A stretch of 35,675 nucleotides of DNA from NCBI GenBank assembly GCA_964352485.1, contig CAYGTG010000001.1, positions 1 through 35,675 of the forward strand, written 5' to 3'. A program made the translations under genes and the position numbers. The notes below the pieces were generated by a model, which saw only the letters and a program-made list of their open reading frames with translations, was not told where the DNA came from and did not search any database. How positions within the stretch are numbered: position 1 is the first letter of the stretch; each line of letters begins with the position of its first letter. Of the stretch, positions 32,959 through 35,675 are shown piece by piece. Source of the DNA: an uncultured Nannocystaceae bacterium. Lineage in GTDB: Bacteria > Myxococcota_A > Polyangia > Nannocystales > Nannocystaceae.

Positions 32959-35319
32959 ATGAAAGAGCAGATCATCTCGACCCTCTCTTCTGAGAGGACC
33001 GGTGCCCCCGACCTCCAGACCCTCTTCGAGCGCGACCCCGCCGTGTTCGCGAGCGCGGCCGCAGAGGCCAAGGCGACCGCGATGGCTGCCCTCGCCGGCG
33101 ACGAAGCGTCGGTGCGCTTCCTGATGGAGCAGGAGGCCTTCTGCGAGCTGCCGCTGACCACGATCGCGCACCACCACCTCGAGGAGGTCACCGACTCCTG
33201 CATCGCCTGCATCCAATTGCTCACGACCATGCTTCCGCCCCACGCGGTGAACACCCGCCGGGCGTTCCTTGGACATCCAGCGTTCCCGCACCTTCTCGCG
33301 GGCTCCAGCCAAGCGTGTTTGACCGCGCTTTACCAGTTCTCCCTGCGAAGTCGCGTCACCCGAGAAGCACGCGCCGCATTGCTCGAGGCGGGCGCGGTCC
33401 CCCACGCACTGAGTCACAACGGGTTGACCGTCGCGCACCAGAGCGCAGCCTGGGGCGACGCAGAGTGTTGGGAGGAGCTCCCGCAGGCCCTTCGGCGCTC
33501 CGGTAGCCACCGCGCCATGGACATCCCGGTGAAGGTTGGCGAGGATTTCTACCGCGTCAAGGCGCCCGCCGGCTCCACGCCCCATGCGGTGGCGACCGCA
33601 GCCCTGAAGATCGCCCGAGCGGCCGCCGAGAACGAGGCGGTGTCCACATGGATCGCTTCACTCGAGCACCTGTTGGGCACGATGGAGACGATGCCGAAGA
33701 AGGCACCATGCACATCCGAGTACCTCTGGGAGCGTGCCTGGCCGCCTGCAAAGACGCTCAAGGCCGAGCGGGGAGCGCGGGTGTCGGACGGTGACACTGC
33801 CGGCACGGTGCTCATCAATGTTACCGCGCGACCCAACAACTGGTTCGGCGTATTGGTGCGGACCGACGACGGAGATTTTCGGTGGCTGGAGCGTTGCTGG
33901 CCGGTCCCAAAAAAGCTCAAGTCCAAGCCGACCGCTGGGGACATCAAAAAGCTCGCCACCGTTGAACACGGGAAACCGGACCTGATGCTCAACACCCTGG
34001 CGCAGCTGCGGGTGAAGTACTCCCAAGCGGGCTTCGAGCTGCTCCGGTGGGGTCTCCTCGCCGCCGACGAGAACTTTCTCCACCGCGGCTTGCTCGTTCA
34101 ACAAGCGCTCGCGCACGGCCTCTCGCCCACCGACGATGCAGCCATGATCGCGGCGTTCGCAAACTGCGGGAAAGGAGGGGTCTTCGAAGGCAGCGGTCCG
34201 GGCCTGCAGGCGCTGTTCTCCGTCCTCGACCAGGACTGGCTGCAAGAGCGGCTGCCCACCTTGCCCCCCGAGGCCCAGCTCGCCTACGCGATCGCCTTCC
34301 CCGACGCGCCGCGTGACGAAGCCCTGGTGCCGTGGATCATCGAGGCGGTGCAAAAGGGCTGGCGCGTCTCCGGACGGAACCGCTCGGAACTGGGCGAGTT
34401 GATGCGCCGATTCGAGATCTCCGCAGACGACCTTCCGGTGGCGTCGATGCTCGCCAAGGCCAAGTCCATCGACATCGCCGAGTGGTCGCCGCTGCTGGTC
34501 GGGTTGCCCAAGGAAGATCTGCTCACGCTCATCAACAAGCGCTCATCCAAGCTGGGCCACGCGCTCAAGCCCTCGTTTCTGCGCCAGAGACGGGAGCGCT
34601 CCGGCGACAGCTGGGACGACTCGGTCGAGATCGTCGAAGCGGTCAGGTCTCGGTTTCCCAAGAACGACCGCCAGCGATGGAGCTCCCTGCTCTTGGGCCC
34701 GGCCGGCCCGGTGCCGGACTGGACGCTCGAAGAGCTGACTTCAACGACCCACATCAAGCAAGACAGCACGATCGAAGCTCTCTCCAAGACGCAGCTGGAA
34801 AGACTCGTCCGCGAGAAGGCCGATGGTGACGAAGAGTTCCGAATGCTCGTCTCGGGCGAGGCGCCGCAGAAGGTGCCGGTCGACTCCATTCGAGCGCCAC
34901 GATTCTCGATGACGAAGGAGCGATTTGCAGCCTGTCTGGAACAGACATGGGACGAAGCCATCGCCGGGTCGAAGCAAGACGGCTCCAAAGAAGAGAAGAT
35001 CGAGGCGTATCGTCGCTTGGCAAGCGCTGCGCGAAAGTACCCGCTCGTGCTTCTTCAAGCCAACGGTGGCGTCTTGACCGATCGCGTGTTCGAGATGCTG
35101 CTTCCGGCTATCTATGCCCATCTCGACGCCCCGGCGCGGCGATCGATCCTGCCCGACTTCTCGGCCGACGCCACGCGAGCGATGACGCTCGAGCAGCTCG
35201 AGACCTACTACGGGCGGTGGCGACTCGAGTTTTCGTCGCAGCAGGACTTCTTCGACCACTTTGCTTGGAGCGTGTTGGCGCAGCCTCCTGCTGCCGTCTT
35301 CGCCGCACTGCAGTTCTGA
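32959..35319 (+). CDS. Large hypothetical protein (786 aa), no recognisable domain
   Basis: The ATG at 32959 (MKEQIISTLSS...) is followed by a long GC3-rich frame. The upstream 81 codons of the track ORF look non-coding. The protein is mostly helical and I recognised no motif. Confidence 0.75.
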   Translation: MKEQIISTLSSERTGAPDLQTLFERDPAVFASAAAEAKATAMAALAGDEASVRFLMEQEAFCELPLTTIAHHHLEEVTDSCIACIQLLTTMLPPHAVNTRRAFLGHPAFPHLLAGSSQACLTALYQFSLRSRVTREARAALLEAGAVPHALSHNGLTVAHQSAAWGDAECWEELPQALRRSGSHRAMDIPVKVGEDFYRVKAPAGSTPHAVATAALKIARAAAENEAVSTWIASLEHLLGTMETMPKKAPCTSEYLWERAWPPAKTLKAERGARVSDGDTAGTVLINVTARPNNWFGVLVRTDDGDFRWLERCWPVPKKLKSKPTAGDIKKLATVEHGKPDLMLNTLAQLRVKYSQAGFELLRWGLLAADENFLHRGLLVQQALAHGLSPTDDAAMIAAFANCGKGGVFEGSGPGLQALFSVLDQDWLQERLPTLPPEAQLAYAIAFPDAPRDEALVPWIIEAVQKGWRVSGRNRSELGELMRRFEISADDLPVASMLAKAKSIDIAEWSPLLVGLPKEDLLTLINKRSSKLGHALKPSFLRQRRERSGDSWDDSVEIVEAVRSRFPKNDRQRWSSLLLGPAGPVPDWTLEELTSTTHIKQDSTIEALSKTQLERLVREKADGDEEFRMLVSGEAPQKVPVDSIRAPRFSMTKERFAACLEQTWDEAIAGSKQDGSKEEKIEAYRRLASAARKYPLVLLQANGGVLTDRVFEMLLPAIYAHLDAPARRSILPDFSADATRAMTLEQLETYYGRWRLEFSSQQDFFDHFAWSVLAQPPAAVFAALQF

Positions 35320-35379
35320 TGAGCCTTGGTCGACCCATCCGCGGCGGACTTCGTGGGACAAGTTCGGTCGACGGCGTGA

Positions 35380-35675
35380 CGGTTCCGCCTTACGCTCAAT
35401 GCCATCCTCATCGTCGCTCTCACGCTTGCGTTTGCCGCCCCCCCGACGAGTTGCGGGGCAACAGCAGATGTCGAATCCCGGCTCGAAACGAGGCTTGGCT
35501 CCACGATCGAGCCCGGACGGGTCGTGGCGGAGATCCACTCGAGAACCACGGAAACGGGCGTCGAGGCGGACGTGGTGCTCAACGTCGACGGCCGAGAGTA
35601 CCGACGCAAGCTGGCGGGCGAGTCGTGTGACGGGATCTTGGACGCCGCGGCTCTCCTGACGGCTTCCCTCTTGGA
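35380..35675 (+). CDS. Partial ORF running off the window, encoding a signal-peptide/lipobox-like protein with an unresolved start
   Basis: This frame is open and GC3-rich from 35380 to the window end (RFRLTLNAILIVALTLAFAAPPTSCGATADVESRLE...). No ATG, GTG or TTG lies between the in-frame TGA (35377-35379) and the signal peptide. A GTG at 35376 sits one base out of frame. Confidence 0.35.

Overview
High-GC (about two-thirds G+C by eye, not computed), gene-dense bacterial chromosome. It is almost certainly from a myxobacterium (Myxococcota), based on a MYXO-CTERM-type sorting tail, many lipobox lipoproteins, Hanks-type Ser/Thr kinases with TPR tails paired with ECF sigma factors, and a retron of the classical myxobacterial kind. 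No rRNA, tRNA, CRISPR array, transposase or integrase was recognised. The main feature is a co-directional, tightly spaced plus-strand cluster at 4032-13367. In order it holds a PARP-like ADP-ribosyltransferase (WGR + regulatory + catalytic domains), a macrodomain protein, a WGR-like/HEAT-repeat protein translationally coupled to a SWIM zinc-finger protein, a retron msr-msd non-coding region bounded by 19-21 nt inverted repeats, a retron-type reverse transcriptase, a 12-nt tandem repeat, and an apparently catalytically intact ADP-ribosylglycohydrolase (ARH/DraG family). The retron is therefore flanked on both sides by ADP-ribose writer, reader and eraser genes, and I flag this as a candidate undescribed retron-linked ADP-ribosylation system. 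Its left neighbour is the divergently transcribed NAD-dependent DNA ligase gene ligA. The rest of the window holds an ExbB/ExbD-like trio, an HPF/RaiA-like gene, two ECF-sigma/Ser-Thr-kinase-TPR modules, a run of Cys-rich acidic secreted lipoproteins, an HExxH protein next to a pentapeptide-repeat protein, a beta-helix lipoprotein, a eukaryote-type UMP-CMP/adenylate kinase with an N-terminal extension, and a 786-aa orphan protein. Many long ORFs in the track are antisense or out-of-frame shadows typical of high-GC DNA and were rejected. All domain calls come from motif recognition by eye, and no searches were run.
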